Source: Nitrospirales bacterium
Lineage (GTDB): Bacteria; Nitrospirota; Nitrospiria; Nitrospirales; UBA8639
Direction: 5' to 3'
Assembly: GCA_963555755.3 (NCBI GenBank)
Contig: OY820905.2
Coordinates: 384,001 to 448,000, forward strand
Length of the DNA stretch: 64,000 bases
Every line of letters begins with the position of its first letter. The first letter of the stretch is position 1. The position numbers and the translations under genes are program-made. Below the pieces are notes generated by a model. The model made no database searches and had not been told where the DNA came from. It saw only the letters and a program-made list of their open reading frames with translations. Shown in pieces: positions 28,891 through 41,493 of the stretch.

Positions 28891-29159
28891 AGCTGACCCA
28901 CTGTCGGATGATGGCTTCGTCGTTCCGGGCCCTAGGACCTCCTACGATCGGATAAAATTGTGAGGGACTCGGATAACGAGAACGTCCTAATCTTCCTAAA
29001 TGCGGACGAGAAGTGCTGATATTGGGCTGGTCGATGATTTGGTGTGGTGATGGGCAAGTGTGGGGCAGTAGTCCGAGAGGTCCCAACGCCCACGGAACCA
29101 AATTCGGTCACCAAGACAGGACAACTTATTGCCTACCAAAGGAAGGGAGGTAAACTTTA

Positions 29160-29576
29160 ATGAAGGATACCCAAACACAAGAAAATTTTATCGAGTTGCG
29201 TGCCAAAAATTGGAGTTTTGATCGGATCGGAAAGGAATTAAAGGTCAGCAAGCCGACACTTATCGCTTGGAGCAGGGAATTCCAACTGGAAATTTCCAAC
29301 CTGCGAGCCCTGGAATTGGATAGCCTTCAAGAAAAATTTGCGTTGACCAAGATGAAAAGACTGGAACTGTTTGGAGAAAAACTAAATTCCTTAAAGGAAG
29401 AACTCGACCAGCGGAATCTGACAGACCTCTCAACCGAAAAACTGTTGGAGTTTATTCTGAAATATGGATCAACGCTCAAGAGTGAGGAAGTTATGGTTGA
29501 ATTTCGTCAAAAAGAGGACGTGACCGAAAACCTCATGAAAAACCTGGGGCACACCGTAGCCAGATGGGAAGCATAG
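29160..29576 (+). CDS. HTH-containing hypothetical protein
   Basis: FIELRAKNWSFDRIGKELKVSKPTLIAW HTH pattern; RBS GGAGG. Confidence 0.75.
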   Translation: MKDTQTQENFIELRAKNWSFDRIGKELKVSKPTLIAWSREFQLEISNLRALELDSLQEKFALTKMKRLELFGEKLNSLKEELDQRNLTDLSTEKLLEFILKYGSTLKSEEVMVEFRQKEDVTENLMKNLGHTVARWEA

Positions 29577-29699
29577 ATGTGTACCAAAACTTGACCATTT
29601 TTTGACCACTCTATACCAGAACAATAGTCCTCATTATCTCCCATATAAGCCATCACTTCTGAAAAAAATAAACATGCTCAAAGGCAAAGCGTTAGGGTG

Positions 29700-29990
29700 T
29701 CATTGTGCACCACTGGTCTTGCTCCGAAATTGTGGACACATCTGAAAAGCGCCATGATGTGGCGAGGGTGAAGACAGGTGGTCCAAAGGCTCAGTAGGGT
29801 CACGCCACCTGTGATCACATGACCCGCATGACCAGTTGGGCGAATCAGGGCCAACACAGCATCCCCCCAGTACGACTTCGCCTCGCATCGCTTCTTCCTC
29901 CAATTCAGGTTCGGGCAAGCCATAGACGATCTCCAAGACACATTCACTTCGGCATTTGGGACAATGGGAGGGTCTTGGGTACTCAGTCAT
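29700..29990 (-). CDS. Small Zn-ribbon hypothetical protein
   Basis: CPKC..IVYGLP..LGGCC..CGSCDHRW. Confidence 0.7.
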   Translation of the reverse strand: MTEYPRPSHCPKCRSECVLEIVYGLPEPELEEEAMRGEVVLGGCCVGPDSPNWSCGSCDHRWRDPTEPLDHLSSPSPHHGAFQMCPQFRSKTSGAQ

Positions 29991-30065
29991 GGCTAGAGTT
30001 TAATGGTAGAGAGGCTGAGCTGTCTAGGTGGGGGATATAAACGTTGGGCTGAGAGAGCCAGAAGG

Positions 30066-30548
30066 TTAAACCAACTTATAATACCCGCAATGCGATAGCT
30101 GTAAGGTTCGCAGGAGAGGAAATTTTTCTGGTATGGCGTTTTTAGACATCAGCCCTTGGCGTTGAATTTCCTTGCGGATTTCGGCCATTACTTCGTCTAA
30201 TGACTGAATTATTCCCCCTGCAATTTTGTCTCTATTTTTGGGGTGCGAATTGAAAACCGCGATTTGTCTGACTGGCGTGTCCTTTGGAAGCCACATGAAC
30301 ACCTTTGTCAGAATGTACTTCTTACCCGCAGAGAACTTCTTCTTATATCTCCGCTCGCGTTTACTCCAACTGTCAGCGTCTAATGAAGGTTCGTAATGGA
30401 CTAGGTCAGGGGTGATAGGACTAAACCCGATTACGTCCAATTCCATTTCCCACCCACCATGTTTCAGACGGCCAACCTTAACGTTCTTCTTTACTAAGTA
30501 CCCTTTCCAGTCTAAGTATTCAGCTAAGAGGTCTTCGATATGTGCCAT
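30066..30548 (-). CDS. Hypothetical protein, possible PD-(D/E)xK nuclease fold
   Basis: EDLLAEYL..ELDVIG..HYE pattern. Confidence 0.6.
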   Translation of the reverse strand: MAHIEDLLAEYLDWKGYLVKKNVKVGRLKHGGWEMELDVIGFSPITPDLVHYEPSLDADSWSKRERRYKKKFSAGKKYILTKVFMWLPKDTPVRQIAVFNSHPKNRDKIAGGIIQSLDEVMAEIRKEIQRQGLMSKNAIPEKFPLLRTLQLSHCGYYKLV

Positions 30549-30647
30549 AAGGTTATGACCGCAGATCTAAAAGCCGAAGGGGACTATTCCCTTTTACGCT
30601 ACAATCCTTGTTAGTCATAGAGTTTCCCAACCTGGATTTTGCGGTGT

Positions 30648-31760
30648 TACTGAGCCGGCCGGTAAATAGTGCGTAGTTTCTCAGGCAGCATAACGAACAT
30701 GCCTTTCGCGGAATAGGTTTTGGACAACCTCCGGTTGTTTTTGTCGCCGATACAGATGACGGCGCACGGTGGCCATCATCTCCGGCTTGTGCCGGGGCCG
30801 ACTTTTCCCCAACGCATTGGTCTTGACATCCTGGTTGAGTAGCTCATCCGGGTTGAGTGCCGGACAATACCCCAGCAACAGGATCAGTCGCAGGCGCTTC
30901 GCGTTCCGGGCCACGAACGCTTTCGCCCGACGGGACTTGTGCGCTGGATGCCCAACCACGATCAGATAGACCGGGCCGGGGGCCTGCTTCAGCAAGCGGC
31001 GCATGAACGCCACGAATCCCGCAGCGACGAATTTGCCGGTAAAGACCATGAATGCCAGCGCCCCCTTGTTCGTGATCGCGGAAATCATGTTGCACCCAAA
31101 TCGTTGTCCGGTCGCTCGAATGACCGGGGTCTGGCCCACCGGCGCATAGCTCGTCCCGGAGACATGATCACTCCGCAAGCCCATCTCATCCCCCCAGTAA
31201 ATCGTGGCCTTCGCGCGTTTGGCTTGCCGGGCGATGGCCGGATAGTCTTCCTCCACCCAGCGCGCAATCGCTTCCTCGTTGCGTTCGTAGGCCCGCCGCA
31301 CGGGCTTCTGGGCACTCAGGCCCCAGGCCTTCAAATATCGACCCACACTGGTCAGCGAGATCCGGAGGCTATATCTCTGGGCAATCAACTGCACGACGGC
31401 CACGCGCGTCCACAGGTAAAACGGCAACTTTAATTGATCCGGCATCTTGCCAATGACCAACCGCCGGATGTGGGCCGCCTGCTTGGCGGTGAGCCGTCCT
31501 TGCCCCCTCGGGCGACCTCGGCGTTTGGGCTTGAGCGCCTTCAGCCCTCCCACTTTACTCAACGCCACCCACTTGTGTACCGCTCGCAAACTCACTTGAT
31601 ACTTTTGGGCCGCATCGGTCTGCTTCATTCCCCCCCGAACCGCTAGGACCGCCAGCCGACGCAGATGCGCTTGCGGGGCGGGTTCCAACGTTCTGGCATC
31701 GATCTTTATTCCCATGCCAGGCAGTATACCACTACGCACTATTTAATGCACTGATCAGTA
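30648..31760 (-). mobile_element. IS630-family element 1 (ORF 30681-31739)
   Basis: TIR core TAAATAGTGCGTAGT; TA ends; WGDEMG..LNPDE; second catalytic Asp position reads LIVVG. Confidence 0.9.
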
Positions 31761-31912
31761 ATAGAAAAGAGTCGATTCCACGTACACGTTAGACCGTCGC
31801 TCCGGTTTTCCCCATTGTTAGGTTTCATTGTTTTCGTGGTCCGTTAGTTCTTGGGTATCAGTTTCTGGGACAGCCGTAGGAAGAGGAATGATCTTGAGCC
31901 CATATATTATTA

Positions 31913-33082
31913 TAGTGTATTAAATAGATTAATGATATAGTGCAGGCACGTGACTCACCAATAATCATGGAGGTCTCATGCCTGCTCAAATACCCATTCA
32001 TTTATCAGCCGACGAAACGAAGCAACTTAAAAAGAACCGACGGAGCCGCAAGACGTCGGTCCGCTTATTGGAACGCTCACGGATTGTCTTACTCGCGGCC
32101 GAAGGGATTCCCAATTACCAAATCGCCAGAACCCTGCAGATTGATGTGAACAAGGTGGGGCGGTGGCGAAATCGTTTCGCGGAGCGAAGGCTGGCCGGCA
32201 TTGAGAAAGACTTGCCGCGCGGGGCCAATCATGGCGGCAAGAACTCCGCAGCACAAGCGAAACTGCGGTCGAAGATCATTGCCCTGACGACGCAGGCCAC
32301 CCCGAAAGACGCCACCCATTGGTCGACCCGCGGGCTGGCCCACGTTCTGGGGATCAACCATTCCTTCGTGAATCGAGTCTGGCGGGAAGTGGGGCTGAAA
32401 CCGCATCTCACGATGCAGTTCAAGGTGAGTACGGATCCAGCTTTTGAGGCAAAGCTCCACGATGTGGTGGGACTCTATTTAGCACCGCCAGAGAAGGCGG
32501 TGGTGTTCTGCATCGATGAGAAGAGTTCGATTCAAGCGCTGGATCGGACGCAACCAGGCTTGCCGATGAAGCCTGGGCGATGCGGCACGATGACGCACGA
32601 CTATAAACGGCATGGCACCAGCACCTTATTTGCGGCATTGAATACCCTGACAGGAGAAGTGATTGGTCAATGCCGCCAACGACATACCCATAAGGAGTTC
32701 CTGACTTTCTTACAGAAAGTCGAAACGCAGACCCCTAAGGACTTGGCCTTGCATCTGATTGTGGACAATTATGCGACCCATAAACATCAGAAAATCAAAA
32801 CATGGCTGAAGCGACACCCACGGGTGCAGTTGCACTTTATTCCCACGAGTTCGTCGTGGCTCAATTTAGTGGAAAGATTTTTTGGGTTATTGACAGCCAA
32901 GCAATTGCGGCGAGGGGTCTTCACCTCGGTCAAAGAGTTGGAGAGAACCATCATGCAATTTATCGCCACGCATAACCACAACAAGAAACCGTTTGTTTGG
33001 ACCAAGTCGGCGGAAGAAATTTTGGTGAAAGTGGGACGGGCGCGTCAAGCCCTCTCATATCAGTAGTCAGTTTAATACACTA
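31913..33082 (+). mobile_element. IS630-family element 2 (ORF 31978-33066)
   Basis: TIRs TAGTGTATTAAA / TTTAATACACTA; CIDEKS, LIVDNYATH, SSWLNLVERFF. Confidence 0.93.
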
Positions 33083-33826
33083 CATTAGCGTCTGGCGCAC
33101 ATACCAGCCTAACTCCGTGAATTTAAATGCCGTCTTCCCATCCTCGAATTCACCTGCAACGCGAATAATCCGTTTGTCGAGCAATCGAGCTGTCGCCAAG
33201 GCATACCAATTAGCAAGCTCCTTAACCTCTCTCCCCCAAACGGAATTTGGTTCATACTCAAAGGTTTCCTTGAGTAACTTCACCTCTTCAGCACTCAGTT
33301 GCGCTGTCGCGGTCTTAACGCGAATATCCTTAAGCAGATTTCGTTCACGGAATCGCACCTGAAGTTCCTGGTTGAGACAAATACTCGCATTATTAACATC
33401 TGTGAAATCGAGTTTCATGTGCGGGATCATGCTAACGTCGAATAGAAACTTATCCGAATCGTCACGAAGCAATAGCACTTCGTTTGGTTGCCGACATGCA
33501 AGCGCAATCCCAACTTCGTACATTACGTTTGCATTCCTGTACGGAATACCTGATACCGTGTCCTTGCCGATTGATGAAATGTCAGCAACGATCATTTGTG
33601 AATGTGCAATGCCATCCATGATGTCGGTGAGAATCGAATCTCCAGACTTTGAAATATCAACTCGATAGGCAGTTAATTTAACTTTGTTAATCGCAATACC
33701 TTGAATCGCGGGCAGAATTACTTGGTTAAATCGGTCGTCGTATTGAGGAGCAAAGCTCATTGCAACGAAGATTTGCGGCTTAAGATCCATACCCCAATAT
33801 GTTTCTAGGAATGCATTCGGATACAT
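33080..33826 (-). CDS. TIR-like / nucleoside 2'-deoxyribosyltransferase-like domain protein, C-terminus clipped by IS630
   Basis: FVAMSF..RVD..I...I..SQMIVADIS..NANVMYEVGIA; stop codon supplied by the IS end. Confidence 0.65.
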   Translation of the reverse strand: MYPNAFLETYWGMDLKPQIFVAMSFAPQYDDRFNQVILPAIQGIAINKVKLTAYRVDISKSGDSILTDIMDGIAHSQMIVADISSIGKDTVSGIPYRNANVMYEVGIALACRQPNEVLLLRDDSDKFLFDVSMIPHMKLDFTDVNNASICLNQELQVRFRERNLLKDIRVKTATAQLSAEEVKLLKETFEYEPNSVWGREVKELANWYALATARLLDKRIIRVAGEFEDGKTAFKFTELGWYVRQTLM

Positions 33827-34140
33827 TTTGGGTACCGTAGCGTTGGTTTAATGTACTTGTTAAGTGGCGGCCAAGCCACAAGCATGAAGACTAACACTGG
33901 CACTCAGCCGTGGCATTGCCCCCGTTTCGTGGCCAGATTCGTAAAGAGTAAATAGCGACATTAGATCCCTGCAGGGTTCTTATCTCCCTGGAATGCCCCC
34001 CTATCGCCCCCAAACCACCCCCCCAAACACCAGCTCGTATCGACAAGTTCTTGCAAACGACCTAATCCCAACGGGTTCATTTCCTGGCGTGAACCTCGCG
34101 GGGTGCGACAGAAAAATCTATTTCGGGTACGAGAGTTTAA

Positions 34141-36945
34141 TCACTCCCAATCAGGATTTTTGATTCCAAGGGTTCGGGCGTTCTCCGATACGGCGCGTTT
34201 CACTTGGTCTGAGACACCTCCAGGAAATTCAGTAGAAATCTCTAGCACAACCTTCACGGTAGCATTGGGATCGGAGCAGAGAACGGTAACAATTCCGTCG
34301 GCAAGCTGCACCAGGTGCATCTTTGCGGTTGCGGCTGGAACCTCGACCGAAGCATGGAAGAGTTTTGGCTTGGGATCACCGGAATCCGGGCCAGGTGGAT
34401 CTGGATGTGGCGGTTTTGGACCTGACACCCCTGGTTCAGGTTCTCCTGGAATAGGTTCTGGAGGTTCCGGATGTGGGCGCGTTTTTGCTTCATATTCGTG
34501 AGCAACATTGGGCTCAATTAGAAGCAACGTATCGTCAACTTGAATGTTTGCACTGCCAAGCTCAAAGCCTTCAAAAGTGTCCCCGGACTGGCCATAGGCG
34601 ATGCCGAAGAAGTCTCGGCTAGCCGCGCCAGTATGGATAGCGTGTGCCAGCACTTCGCGGTTCTTGAGGCGTGGGAGATAAAGGTAACGCATCGTATCCT
34701 CCCAGAAGGCCATTACTTTGGCGGCAGGCTGTTCTTGTTTCCAATAGAGTTCTTTAAGTTTGGCACGCAAATGAATTGGTGACCAGGCTTGAATTACCCA
34801 TTCGTTCTCGACGCAGACACGTTCAATCTCACCACCAACCGAACCGCCAGTCGTTGTAATCAAGAACGCCTCAATGGTCGGCTTCGGATCGGTTGGTGTT
34901 TCCTGCACGGGACAAAGGAGCCACCGATAGCACTCGCGGGCTGCACGCGGTAATACGTCTTCTGCCGTTTTTAATTCTTTCTCAGCTTGGTTCTTTTGCA
35001 AGAGGTCAATGTTCAGCCGACCTTCCTTCACATCGTCCACGATCGACCCCCAAGCAAGAGCCACGCGGGCAGCATCAGTGAGGCGCGAAAGCGTCCCAAC
35101 ATCTGCTGAAAGGAAAATCAGGCGATTGGCGCGGTATCGCGGTTTGGTTCCATTGTTGCGCACATAGTCGAGGACGGCCTCGAAAGCGAGGCGTGATTCG
35201 TCGCGGGAATACCTGGTCTCCGGTGAAAAAACGACCAGTCTGAGCGCGCTATCGTCTGGGACATCCCCGTGAGGTGTAAAGATATGGACGCCATCGAAGA
35301 ATGTCGCATGACCGACCACACGCTTGAGTGCTGCAGCAATCTTGCCACGGACTTCCGTTCTTTCGTCGAAGCGGCGTTTACGGTCTTCCATCTCGCGCCG
35401 CAGATTGGCGCGTGTATCAAACCAGAAACGAGTTGTATCCTGAGTCTTATCGCCAGAACTGTTGAGGTAGTGGAGCCGATCAGCCAGACGGTTGAGTGCA
35501 TCGGAATAAACGGAAGACGATTGGCCTGGTTGCAGGCATCCGAGAAGGATGCGAGCCCGGTCAATGCCACGGATACTAACTGTAGTCGCCACTGAGGAGG
35601 GGGCACTGCCAAGGAACAATGTGCGGGCTACCCGGCGGGCTGCGCCCACCTGACCAAAACGCGGTTCCTTGTTCTCTAATTCCGTCGTTTCGGCTCGGTC
35701 ACCATCAATGTCGCGCTCGATCACAGCGTCCCACCCTCCGGGTAGATAGTAGGTCAGCTCATTACGAGTGCTACTATCATGGAGCGGAAGGGTTCCGGGC
35801 AGGATCATGAGGTCCTTGTTGTCTTCTTTCCAGAGACAGTAGATAACTTTTGCCATAAGCTTCAACACACCACGGGTCCGCTGGAAGCCATCAATAGTAG
35901 TCCAGTCTTCGTAGAGGCGGACGAACACTTCCGGGTGGAGGGGGTACGCATTCACCAGCCGATCATAGTAACGACCTTCTTGCGTTTCCGTGGGCATCTT
36001 TGAGCCTTCAGCCACATAAGCGTCGGCAAAAGCGCGACAGACTTCATTGCGAGCTGTTGTATCGCGCAGTGGCTCAAACAAGCGTCGCCGTACAATCTCG
36101 AAGGCTTCTTCGGTTGCAACGGGTTTCCACAGAGCCTGAATGCGACCAAATGTTCCCTCCAAGGTCCGAAGCGTCGCCACGCCCTTTTGGCTCCCTGCCT
36201 CAACATCTGACTCAGGAAGGGAGGCAAGGAAAACCGCATTCGGAACAAGTTTTACCGCTTCAGTGAGCGCCTGAATGAAAGAAATGTTACTGTCATAACT
36301 TCCACCGCTTAAAGTTTGTCCTTCCGGAAACTGGCGGACATAGGCTACTAATTCGTCGATAAGAACAACGCACGGGGCATAAGCAGTAAGCAACTCCCGC
36401 AGGACGTCTTTACCTGGAGAAGTGCCAGTCGCGTCCGCGTCTTTGAGAAGTGCGAATCCCTCGCTGCCACCAAGCTGCCAGGCCAGCTCCCCCCAGAGGG
36501 TCTTGATTGCTTGTTTGCCGCGCTTCCACGGCTGGCCAGGGGCATGAGCGGTTCCATCCAGCACTGCCACACGCGCCTGAGGGACGTCCAACAATTCGGC
36601 TTGGTCAAGCAGTGCAGGAATACCTGGTAATTCCGAGAGCGCGCATTTGCGGGTCGTAAGGTGATAGACCGCGAGCATGGTGTGGGTTTTACCGCCGCCG
36701 AAGGCCGTCTGGAGTTGGACAACCGGCTCGCCACCCTTGCTGATCAGGCGCTGCGCTACTTGAGTGAGTAATAGCCTCATCCCTTCGGTGATAAAAGTAC
36801 GATCGAAGAAGGCAACCGGATCCTGATATTCGTGCGTCGCTTTGCCGCTATAGACGGCCGTAATGTCTGCGGCGAATTCAGATTGCTGAAAGGTTCCTTC
36901 CAGCACGTCACGGTGAGGGACAGCGATTTCTCTCCAGGGCTTCAT
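34141..36945 (-). CDS. DUF499-family AAA+ ATPase
   Basis: [19 protein letters not shown], Walker [11 protein letters not shown], Walker [14 protein letters not shown]; Pro-rich linker near the C-terminus. Confidence 0.88.
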   Translation of the reverse strand: MKPWREIAVPHRDVLEGTFQQSEFAADITAVYSGKATHEYQDPVAFFDRTFITEGMRLLLTQVAQRLISKGGEPVVQLQTAFGGGKTHTMLAVYHLTTRKCALSELPGIPALLDQAELLDVPQARVAVLDGTAHAPGQPWKRGKQAIKTLWGELAWQLGGSEGFALLKDADATGTSPGKDVLRELLTAYAPCVVLIDELVAYVRQFPEGQTLSGGSYDSNISFIQALTEAVKLVPNAVFLASLPESDVEAGSQKGVATLRTLEGTFGRIQALWKPVATEEAFEIVRRRLFEPLRDTTARNEVCRAFADAYVAEGSKMPTETQEGRYYDRLVNAYPLHPEVFVRLYEDWTTIDGFQRTRGVLKLMAKVIYCLWKEDNKDLMILPGTLPLHDSSTRNELTYYLPGGWDAVIERDIDGDRAETTELENKEPRFGQVGAARRVARTLFLGSAPSSVATTVSIRGIDRARILLGCLQPGQSSSVYSDALNRLADRLHYLNSSGDKTQDTTRFWFDTRANLRREMEDRKRRFDERTEVRGKIAAALKRVVGHATFFDGVHIFTPHGDVPDDSALRLVVFSPETRYSRDESRLAFEAVLDYVRNNGTKPRYRANRLIFLSADVGTLSRLTDAARVALAWGSIVDDVKEGRLNIDLLQKNQAEKELKTAEDVLPRAARECYRWLLCPVQETPTDPKPTIEAFLITTTGGSVGGEIERVCVENEWVIQAWSPIHLRAKLKELYWKQEQPAAKVMAFWEDTMRYLYLPRLKNREVLAHAIHTGAASRDFFGIAYGQSGDTFEGFELGSANIQVDDTLLLIEPNVAHEYEAKTRPHPEPPEPIPGEPEPGVSGPKPPHPDPPGPDSGDPKPKLFHASVEVPAATAKMHLVQLADGIVTVLCSDPNATVKVVLEISTEFPGGVSDQVKRAVSENARTLGIKNPDWE

Positions 36946-36959
36946 GGCCTGTCTCCTTC

Positions 36960-39866
36960 CTAATCGAACAGAGTTGTTTGCTGTGGGCCTGGCACCTTGG
37001 CAGCGGCGGACTCAATCGCACTCCAACTGGTAATAATCTCGTTATAGGCACGGGCGTCCTCGGTCCATCCTTCACGCTCACAGAGCGTGTAAAGGCGATA
37101 CGCGAGCTGTCGCGCGGCTTCAGCCTTAGCCTGAACGGCGGAGAACACCGCGCCAGCACCACTCTCACCTTCTGTTTTGAAGACGCGGACAAGATGATGC
37201 AACGCTTCCCACACCTGCAAACGTTGATCGGTGGTTGGATCCCAATCAGCAGGGTAGTCAGCCCACTTGAGCAGACGCACGACACCCGCTGTTGCAAACA
37301 GCACGCCTGCTTGTTTCACACCATCCACACTCGTACCCTTTGCGCGGGCGAGTATGTCCGCGTCACCGAATTTGCCTTCTTTCCAGCCATACTGCTCAAA
37401 CCAGTGCAGACAAAACTGCGTATCGTGATCGAAGTCATCTTCGGCCAGAAAGCGGTTGATAAGCTGAAGTGCAGTCTTAACGCTCATCGGCTTTCCGTCG
37501 GATTCAAGCACGGCGGAGTATTTGGAAAAGACCGCCATGCCCGGACCAATGATGGCCTGCGAAAGGTCCACTGGTGCGACGAGCGAGCGTTCTCCACCGG
37601 AACCGCGTGTCATTTCGTCGAGAGCCTCTGGTAGAACCTGGTTGAGCTCACGCTGAAACGCCCGACGGGAGGTGGTGATGGCATCATCAGGCCGCGGACG
37701 GCAAACCAGGACGATGCTGGAAGCCAAAACGTTAGATTCCATACCTCGCAGGCGATTGGTTAATTCCGTTCGCATGGGCCATGTGCCGTTTATACTGAAT
37801 CCTGCTCGGAGCACCGCGTCGAGAAAGGTTTCCCACCCCGTACTGGAAATGCCTTCTCCGACAGCGATTTCAGATTGTTTGAATGCATAATAGATGGTGA
37901 CGGGGAAGGCTGGGTGCGACTGCTCAGCAAGGCGGTGCATCGCTTGCGTCATTCCGTTCATGAAGAATTTCCCAGCTGATTCCTTATTACCATGCCGATA
38001 CGCAAAGGCCACCAATTCATCGGACTTAGGTACAGCTAGTGTGGAAAAGAGGTCGGAGAAAATCAACTTTAGTGAACGGCGCAGCCAGACATAAAAAAAG
38101 TCCGATAGATCCGCGTAAGGGACATTGTCATAATATGGTGGATCAGTAGAAACAATCTTACCAGCGGTTACCGATTGGTTCTGAGCGTCAGCAACAATAA
38201 CAACTCCGTTCCCTAAACTTGGGTTACGGTCGAGGACTTTGGTTATCCATTCCAGGTGGTTGTGGAAACATCCACTCGACGAAGAGAAAGCGTTAATCTC
38301 AGCAAAGTCCCATACCATTGGAATGGCTTGTCTACCAAAAGTATGGCCGGTGCCATCACGAGTTGAGTCCCAAGCGCATGAAATAGAGCCGCGATCTGCA
38401 AGTTTGTCTATGGCAAACGATAAGTACACAGCAATCGAATCCGCATAGGCGGTCGCGGCTATACCGCCAGCGTCGAGAGTGCCACTATCATTCGCCATGC
38501 TAGTGGCAATCGCATCCTGCTTCGCCCGCTCGTGTACCTCCCCCACCAAGTCAGAGAATGTTGTCAGCACGAGTAGCTGACGATCGGTGAAGAGTTGGTC
38601 GAACCGCTCCATCCCGTAAGGCTTCACGCCGATATACTGCGTGCTGCCAGAGATCAGCACTTCCGGTTTCCACTCCGGATTCGGTTTGCGCGCGACGGAT
38701 TCATGTTCCGACGTCGGAGAGAGATAGACCCGCCCGCGTTCACCCTCGGCGACGATCGCCATCATGCGTGCACCCATGCGCCCCGCTTTGCCCTCAGCCT
38801 TGATGAAGTTACCCTCTATCGGCGTGCCGGACATCAGGCACTTGAAATTCGCGCCGCGCGCAAGCTTGGTACCCTTCTTCGCCGCCACCGCATCCTTCGG
38901 ATTGCCCGCCTTCACGGTGAATTTGTAGCCGCCCTTCTCAATCACCGGCGCAACATACGCCTCCTTACCTGCCCTGGTGGAGAGGACAAAGGTGGAAGCG
39001 AGAGGAACGTCCACATTGCGAAACGCTGGGTTGGGGCTTTTCACTGTACGCGCCCAAAGCCATGCAATGACAGTGAGTTTCTTGCCAACGAGTGGCTTGA
39101 GGTCAGGGCGATCTTTAGCCATTTCGGGTGTTATTTCGACGGGTGGATAAAGATGACCGATGCGTTTCTGTGCCTCGTCACGCATCCATTGGCCGTAATA
39201 GCGCACGTCTTCTGCAAGACCCTGCGCGCCTTTCCATTCCCGGCCGATTAAGTCTTTCTTGATCTTGGCTTCTGGGTTTACTGGAGCTCGCCCCGCAAAC
39301 TTGGGTGGAATCTCGATCATGGCCTTGTTGATAAGCACCGCTACGGGGTTAAGATCAGAGGCGTAGGCTTCAAGACCGAGGCGTTGCGCTTCCAGGGGGA
39401 TTGCTCCGCCACCCGCGAAGGGATCGTGAAGTCCTGGGAGTTTGCCAGGATTAAAGAGTTCGGCCGCCTGCAGGTGATCTTTATTGAGGTCACAGGTCTC
39501 GCGCCAGGATTTGCGAATCTCTGCGCGGGCTTTTTCCAGCACATCCTCGTTTGTGGTGTTTTCCCATTTGACAAGTTCTTCGATGATCGCAAAAAGCCGC
39601 TTGCGGCTTGCAGCCCAGCTTGCTTTAAGATTATTGGGTGGGATTTCCCCTGCATGTTCTAGCTCCCACTTCCACGAAGGATCGTTGACGAGCTGAGCAA
39701 AGATCACCGCACGAGCCGCCGCTAAAGGGCGGCGAGCCCACCATAAATGCAAGGTGCTGGGATGGCCATGCCGGATTGATTTTTCGCGGACACATGCAGC
39801 ATTGATCGCATCGAGAGGCAACGCGACTTCAATGAGTTTCTTGGGAGCTTTGACGGGATGAGTCAT
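36960..39866 (-). CDS. DUF1156-family amino (adenine-type) DNA methyltransferase
   Basis: [27 protein letters not shown] (SAM binding), TDPPYY (catalytic). Confidence 0.9.
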   Translation of the reverse strand: MTHPVKAPKKLIEVALPLDAINAACVREKSIRHGHPSTLHLWWARRPLAAARAVIFAQLVNDPSWKWELEHAGEIPPNNLKASWAASRKRLFAIIEELVKWENTTNEDVLEKARAEIRKSWRETCDLNKDHLQAAELFNPGKLPGLHDPFAGGGAIPLEAQRLGLEAYASDLNPVAVLINKAMIEIPPKFAGRAPVNPEAKIKKDLIGREWKGAQGLAEDVRYYGQWMRDEAQKRIGHLYPPVEITPEMAKDRPDLKPLVGKKLTVIAWLWARTVKSPNPAFRNVDVPLASTFVLSTRAGKEAYVAPVIEKGGYKFTVKAGNPKDAVAAKKGTKLARGANFKCLMSGTPIEGNFIKAEGKAGRMGARMMAIVAEGERGRVYLSPTSEHESVARKPNPEWKPEVLISGSTQYIGVKPYGMERFDQLFTDRQLLVLTTFSDLVGEVHERAKQDAIATSMANDSGTLDAGGIAATAYADSIAVYLSFAIDKLADRGSISCAWDSTRDGTGHTFGRQAIPMVWDFAEINAFSSSSGCFHNHLEWITKVLDRNPSLGNGVVIVADAQNQSVTAGKIVSTDPPYYDNVPYADLSDFFYVWLRRSLKLIFSDLFSTLAVPKSDELVAFAYRHGNKESAGKFFMNGMTQAMHRLAEQSHPAFPVTIYYAFKQSEIAVGEGISSTGWETFLDAVLRAGFSINGTWPMRTELTNRLRGMESNVLASSIVLVCRPRPDDAITTSRRAFQRELNQVLPEALDEMTRGSGGERSLVAPVDLSQAIIGPGMAVFSKYSAVLESDGKPMSVKTALQLINRFLAEDDFDHDTQFCLHWFEQYGWKEGKFGDADILARAKGTSVDGVKQAGVLFATAGVVRLLKWADYPADWDPTTDQRLQVWEALHHLVRVFKTEGESGAGAVFSAVQAKAEAARQLAYRLYTLCEREGWTEDARAYNEIITSWSAIESAAAKVPGPQQTTLFD

Positions 39867-40044
39867 GTCACGTTCTTTCAGCGCGGGCGAGGAGGTCCTT
39901 GAGGTCATAATTGATAGATGCCACTCCCCACCCAGGCTCACGGTCAAAGGGGTTGCGGATATAGTGTGGTCCTTCCACTGTATCATCTTCGCCCACGATA
40001 ACGATCCCCAGCACAAACTTATCTCTTTGATTAAAAGCGTGTAA

Positions 40045-41493
40045 CTACTCAGGTGTGATGATCTTTGTAGTGAATTGTGCAGGCATAAAGGGGTGGCCGA
40101 TCATGGCTTGTGAAATGGCTTGCAGCATGTTGCCGCCCTGCTTTCTCGCGGTAGAAAGGTAGCTTCGTATGCGGGCGAACTGCCTCGCGCCTTGAAGCGT
40201 TCGAAAACACCCGGATATTTTGAGGCGGAGCTTGATCATGCGGATATCCTGTTCTGCCAGATTATTAGTGAAGGGAACCTGTCTGTCATGGAGGAACGCG
40301 AGCACGGAGGCTTCATGCTCGCCAAGACGGGTGAGGAGATTTTGGGCCTTGGTCTTTTTGGGCCGGCCTCGTGACTTTTTCTGTGGCGGTGCCGGAAGGG
40401 GGTTGGCCTGCCATCCGAGGGTGAGAAGATCCCTGTATTGTTTCAGCCAGGGGGTTTTCTGTTCTTCCGTTAACTGTGCGAGTTGCTTGCTGACAAACAC
40501 GTTCATCGTCAGCAACAGGTCAAACATGTGTTTGGCCCATGGTTGTTCGTGCTGCTCGAACAGGCACGTGAGTTCCCGCAAATGATGGGCGTTACAGAGG
40601 CCGTGGGCACAGTCATAGGAGAGATAGGGTTTCCAGAAATCGTGGATCAGGCGGCCAGCAAAATCCGGGAGGATCTGGAACTGCTCGATCGCCTCTCTTC
40701 CCCGTTTGGCGTGCACACCGTAAAAGGTCAACGTGGCCGTGCTGGCACTGTGGAGCCAGTGGAGCGTCCCGGCCGTGCGGACGCCGCTTTCATCGGCATG
40801 GAGGATGGGACTCTTGCCGAGCGCTTCTTTGACCGCAGTCTCGAACGGCGCGAGGTGCTCATAACTTCGGCGGGAGGCCTCGTCAATGGTGGCGTCGCTG
40901 ACCGAGGCGCCATACAGATCAGCCATCATCTGGCTGACACGGCGTAAGGGGATCAACTGTTGGTTCTGGAGGTAGACCAGGAGGCTGCGAAATCTGGGAC
41001 CGTACTGTGCCGGCGCAGGCAGGTCATCAGGAAATGACGCCGTGACCGAGCGGCCGCATTGGGGGCAGGTTTTGATTGCTCCCCGATATTCGGTGACGTC
41101 GAGTTTTGGCTCCGGCAGTTCAAAGAGCTGCCGGCGTTCATAGCCGGTGACCGTCTCGTTGGTGAGGTCGGCATGGCAGGAACAGGAGTGAACAGGCAGG
41201 TGGACCAGGTGGTCTGGGGTTTCCACCTGTTTTAACGTCTGGCCGGCATGTCCCTGTTGGCCGCCCGGCTTTTTCCCGGAAGGTATGCGCAGGCTCTTGG
41301 TTCGGGGCTTGGCCGGTCCATCGGACGAGGGCGGTTTGCTGCTGTTGCGACTGTGTTGGTCGAGCCGCTGTGCCAGTTCGGTGACATGCGTGGTCAGCGC
41401 CTGCCCCTGTTCCTGCAGCGCCAGGATCAGTTCGACGAGCGCCTCGGGGTTGCTCTTGACCAGGATGAGGAGTGCGTCGCGGGTGAAGGTCAT
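40045..41493 (-). CDS. IS66-family transposase
   Basis: [41 protein letters not shown]. Confidence 0.95.
   Translation of the reverse strand: MTFTRDALLILVKSNPEALVELILALQEQGQALTTHVTELAQRLDQHSRNSSKPPSSDGPAKPRTKSLRIPSGKKPGGQQGHAGQTLKQVETPDHLVHLPVHSCSCHADLTNETVTGYERRQLFELPEPKLDVTEYRGAIKTCPQCGRSVTASFPDDLPAPAQYGPRFRSLLVYLQNQQLIPLRRVSQMMADLYGASVSDATIDEASRRSYEHLAPFETAVKEALGKSPILHADESGVRTAGTLHWLHSASTATLTFYGVHAKRGREAIEQFQILPDFAGRLIHDFWKPYLSYDCAHGLCNAHHLRELTCLFEQHEQPWAKHMFDLLLTMNVFVSKQLAQLTEEQKTPWLKQYRDLLTLGWQANPLPAPPQKKSRGRPKKTKAQNLLTRLGEHEASVLAFLHDRQVPFTNNLAEQDIRMIKLRLKISGCFRTLQGARQFARIRSYLSTARKQGGNMLQAISQAMIGHPFMPAQFTTKIITPE

Noticed and set aside
30020..33900. attC sites between the small island genes (GCCCAAC, GACTAAC, ACCTAAC, ACTTAAC on the minus strand)
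   Set aside because: Only half-sites are seen; I could not pair them into convincing palindromes with a GTTRRRY end
34370..34480. Tandem repeat locus in the DUF499 gene
   Set aside because: It is a low-complexity Pro/Glu/Gly linker, in frame, without exact DNA repeat units
39867..40016. N-terminal extension of the methyltransferase ORF called from 40016
   Set aside because: This DNA encodes the displaced C-terminus of the helicase in another frame; the likely start is ATG at 39866
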